From assembly GCA_050740915.1 (NCBI GenBank), contig JBOIEG010001140.1, positions 1 to 35,994 of the forward strand: a stretch of DNA of 35,994 nt, given 5' to 3'. The translations under genes and the position numbers were made by a program. Positions within the stretch are counted from its first letter, which is position 1, and each line of letters begins with the position of its first letter. Positions 23,801 to 35,994 of the stretch are shown piece after piece. The stretch comes from Gammaproteobacteria bacterium (GTDB lineage: Bacteria; Pseudomonadota; Gammaproteobacteria; JBOHHR01). Below the pieces are notes generated by a model. That model was not told the DNA's origin and did not search any database. It saw only the letters and a program-made list of their open reading frames with translations.

Positions 23801-25544
23801 TACGCCGAGCTCAACCGGCGGGCAGAGCGGCTCGCCGCTCGTTTGCGGGAGAGTGGAGCGCGTACGGAAACACGGATCGGGCTGTGCCTCTCGCGCGGCC
23901 CGGGCTTGATCGTCGCGATCATCGGCATACTCAAGGCCGGTGCCGCTTACGTACCACTGGATCCAGCCCATCCGCGGGCCCGGCTCGAGGCGATCATGAA
24001 AGACAGCGGTGCTGCCATGCTGGTCACGGAGCAAGCCCTGCTCACAAGCCTTCCGGAGTGCGCCAACTTGTGCGTGGATGGGGATATTGGCCAAGCGCAT
24101 GGGCAGCGACACACGGCTCCTCACAGTGACCAGGATAACGCCGCTTACGTGATCTACACCTCGGGAACGACCGGGTGGCCGAAGGGCGTGGTGGTCACCC
24201 ATCGCAACGTGCTGCGTTTATTCGATGCGACGGCCGGCGAGCTTGGTTTCAACGATCGCGACGTGTGGACCCTCTTTCACTCCTACGCCTTTGATTTCTC
24301 CGTCTGGGAGCTCTGGGGCGCATTGCTCTACGGCGGCCGGCTGGTGGTGGTGCCGCCGCGCGTGGCGCGCTCGCCAGAGGATCTGCACGAGCTATTGGGT
24401 GAGCAGGGCATCACAGTCCTCAATCAGACCCCTTCGAGCTTTTACCAACTTCAGGCCGTGGATTCGGAGCAGCCGGCCAGGCTGTCCTCGCTGCGGCTCG
24501 TCATCTTTGGCGGCGAGGCGCTTGACCCGCGGCGCTTGCACCCTTGGGTCCAGCGCCATGGGGACCAGAGGCCTCGACTCGTCAACATGTATGGCATCAC
24601 CGAGACGAGCGTGCATGTGACGTGGCAGCGCTTGTACGAAGAACACACCCACCGCGCGGCCAGTGTGATCGGCCGGCCTATCGCCGACATGAAGACGCTG
24701 ATCTTGGATATGGACGGACATCCAGTCCCCATCGGCGTGCCTGGTCAGCTCTATGTGGGCGGTGCAGGCCTGGCGCGCGGTTATCTTGGGCGGCCCGATC
24801 TCACGGCCCAGCGCTTCGTCCCGGACCCCTTCGGCGCAGACGGCGCGCGGCTATACTATAGCGGAGACCTCGCGCGTCTGTCCGAGGACGGCGGCATCGA
24901 GTACCTGGGGCGCATCGACCACCAGGTCCAGGTCCGGGGCTACCGTATCGAGCTAGGCGAGATCGAGGCGGGACTTCGCAGCCATCCGGATGTGAGCGAC
25001 GCCTGCGTCGTGGCGTGCGAGGACCGGGCGGATGAGAGGCGCCTGGTCGCCTATGTGGTCGCGGAGCAGGCCAAGATCGATACGGCGGTCCTGCGCCTTC
25101 ATCTGCAACAGCGGCTGCCGGACCCTATGGTGCCGACTGCCTATGTGTTTGTCCCGGTCTTGCCGCTTACGCCTAACGGTAAGCTGGATCGCAAGGCTTT
25201 GCCGCCGCCTGATGGTGATGCATCGCGGCCTTATATTGCTCCGCGAAGCCCCTTGGAAAACGAGATCGCAGCGATCTGGGCCGACGTACTTCGCGTGGAA
25301 CGGGTCGGTATTGACCAGGACTTCTTTGTGCTGGGCGGCCATTCACTGCTGGCGGCTCAGATGATCGGGCGTATCGCGAAGCGGTTCTCTATCGATCTGC
25401 CCATAGAGGCGTTGTATGAACATCCCACGGTCGAGACGCTGGCCGCTGCCGTGGAGTCGGGCTTGCTGGAGCACCTCGAGGCACTGCCCGAGCATGAGGC
25501 CCGGGATCTGCTCCCTCGGGTCCCTGAGATGATGGAGACGCAAG

Positions 25545-25555
<11 letters not shown>
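17822..25555 (+). CDS. NRPS2: C-like (interface-like) domain-A(His-like)-T-E-C-A(Thr)-T
   Basis: Uninterrupted ORF. The preferred start is GTG 17822, forming a GTGA overlap with the hydroxylase stop, with GGAG about 10 nt upstream. The ORF-track ATG 17783 is the alternative. Confidence 0.95.
17850..19110 (+). other. NRPS2 domain: full-length condensation-fold domain lacking the catalytic motif (interface-like)
   Basis: LSIQQQRLHRL (C1-like). At the HHxxxDG position the sequence is TALCADP (18248-18268) in the context LFVTLTALCADPATLTHLVTELARGY. It is about 420 aa and sits directly before an A domain. Confidence 0.65.
19150..20640 (+). other. NRPS2 domain: adenylation A1, code DSALIAEVWK (His-like)
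   Basis: YTSGSTGLPKG, FSFDSSVAGIYW, NEYGPTECAVW, GKLDR (Lys codon 20615-20617). The D-S-x-x-x-A-E-V-x-K pattern resembles His codes as I recall them; this is unverified. Confidence 0.5.
20690..20900 (+). other. NRPS2 domain: T1
   Basis: FFELGGDSILSIQ; Ser codon 20783-20785. Confidence 0.85.
20930..22250 (+). other. NRPS2 domain: epimerization E
   Basis: PLTPIQRWFFEQ; HHLVADGLSWRILLEDL (21341 onward); NYLGQ. Confidence 0.85.
22330..23640 (+). other. NRPS2 domain: condensation (DCL-like)
   Basis: IEDVYPATPVQAGMLFH; SHHHALLDGWC (22754-22786). Confidence 0.8.
23700..25200 (+). other. NRPS2 domain: adenylation A2, code DFWNIGMVHK (Thr)
   Basis: YTSGTTGWPKG, FDFSVWE, NMYGITETSVH, GKLDR (Lys codon 25181-25183). 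The code is identical to the canonical Thr code. Confidence 0.85.
25250..25460 (+). other. NRPS2 domain: T2
   Basis: FFVLGGHSLLAAQ; Ser codon 25343-25345. Confidence 0.85.
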
Positions 25556-35774
<10,219 letters not shown>

Positions 35775-35879
35775 ACCGCGCTAACGAGCCATAATCCCCT
35801 AGGAGCCTGTCGGACTTAAGGCGGAACTTTTGATGTGCAAACCGATCGGATCGGCAATGGATTCAATTAGCGAGCGTGC

Positions 35880-35994
35880 ATGAGCCACTTCCGTCAATGC
35901 GATCGTGACACACCCTACCTGCTGCCGCCGTCGGTCGATGAGTGGCTACCGAAGGACCACTTAGCGCGCTTTGTGGTGGACATTGTCGAGCAGT
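35880..35994 (+). mobile_element. 5' end of an IS5/IS1182-type transposase gene (DUF772-like N-terminus), truncated by the window edge
   Basis: ATG 35880 gives MSHFRQCDRDTPYLLPPSVDEWLPKDHLARFVVDIVEQ. The LLPPSxDxWLPxDHLARFV motif is typical of this transposase N-terminal domain (recalled). It is too short to appear in the ORF track. Confidence 0.55.

Overview
High-GC bacterial, probably proteobacterial, accessory region, coding almost entirely on the + strand. It has three blocks. (1) 0.1-2.8 kb: a small gene for a Gly/Pro-rich peptide carrying both a Sec signal and a double-glycine leader, with its own terminator. It is followed by a stand-alone, signal-peptide-bearing C39 cysteine peptidase (interrupted by an in-frame TAG) and an outer-membrane beta-barrel gene (frameshifted). 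(2) 2.8-4.1 kb: an IS1595-like transposase remnant and a DUF1778/GNAT (TacAT-type) toxin-antitoxin pair whose antitoxin carries a 1-nt frameshift. (3) 4.3-35.8 kb: a lipopeptide NRPS cluster primed by a fatty acyl-AMP ligase (FAAL). It contains a PvdH-like diaminobutyrate aminotransferase remnant, an MbtH-like gene, a PvdQ-like acylase remnant and a divergent Sfp-type PPTase. Three giant NRPS genes follow (10.0, 7.7 and 10.2 kb), with a SyrP/TauD-type hydroxylase between NRPS1 and NRPS2. Domain string read from core motifs: FAAL-T-C-A(Gly)-T-C-A(Dab-like)-T-C | TauD | C-like domain without catalytic His-A(His-like)-T-E-C-A(Thr)-T | C-A(Ser)-T-E-C-A(unassigned)-T-C-T-TE. The window ends in the 5' end of an IS5/IS1182-type transposase. 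No rRNA, tRNA or CRISPR array was seen. The most notable observations are: the Sec + double-glycine peptide / periplasmic C39 / OM barrel triad; the split module in which the hydroxylase is in frame with NRPS1 across a single TGA and is followed by an interface-like C domain; the terminal C-T-TE module with no A domain; a 19-bp palindromic element shared by the two cluster promoter regions; and decay of nearly every accessory gene while about 28 kb of NRPS reading frame stays intact. All domain boundaries are approximate. Substrate calls are hand-extracted specificity codes compared with codes recalled from memory.
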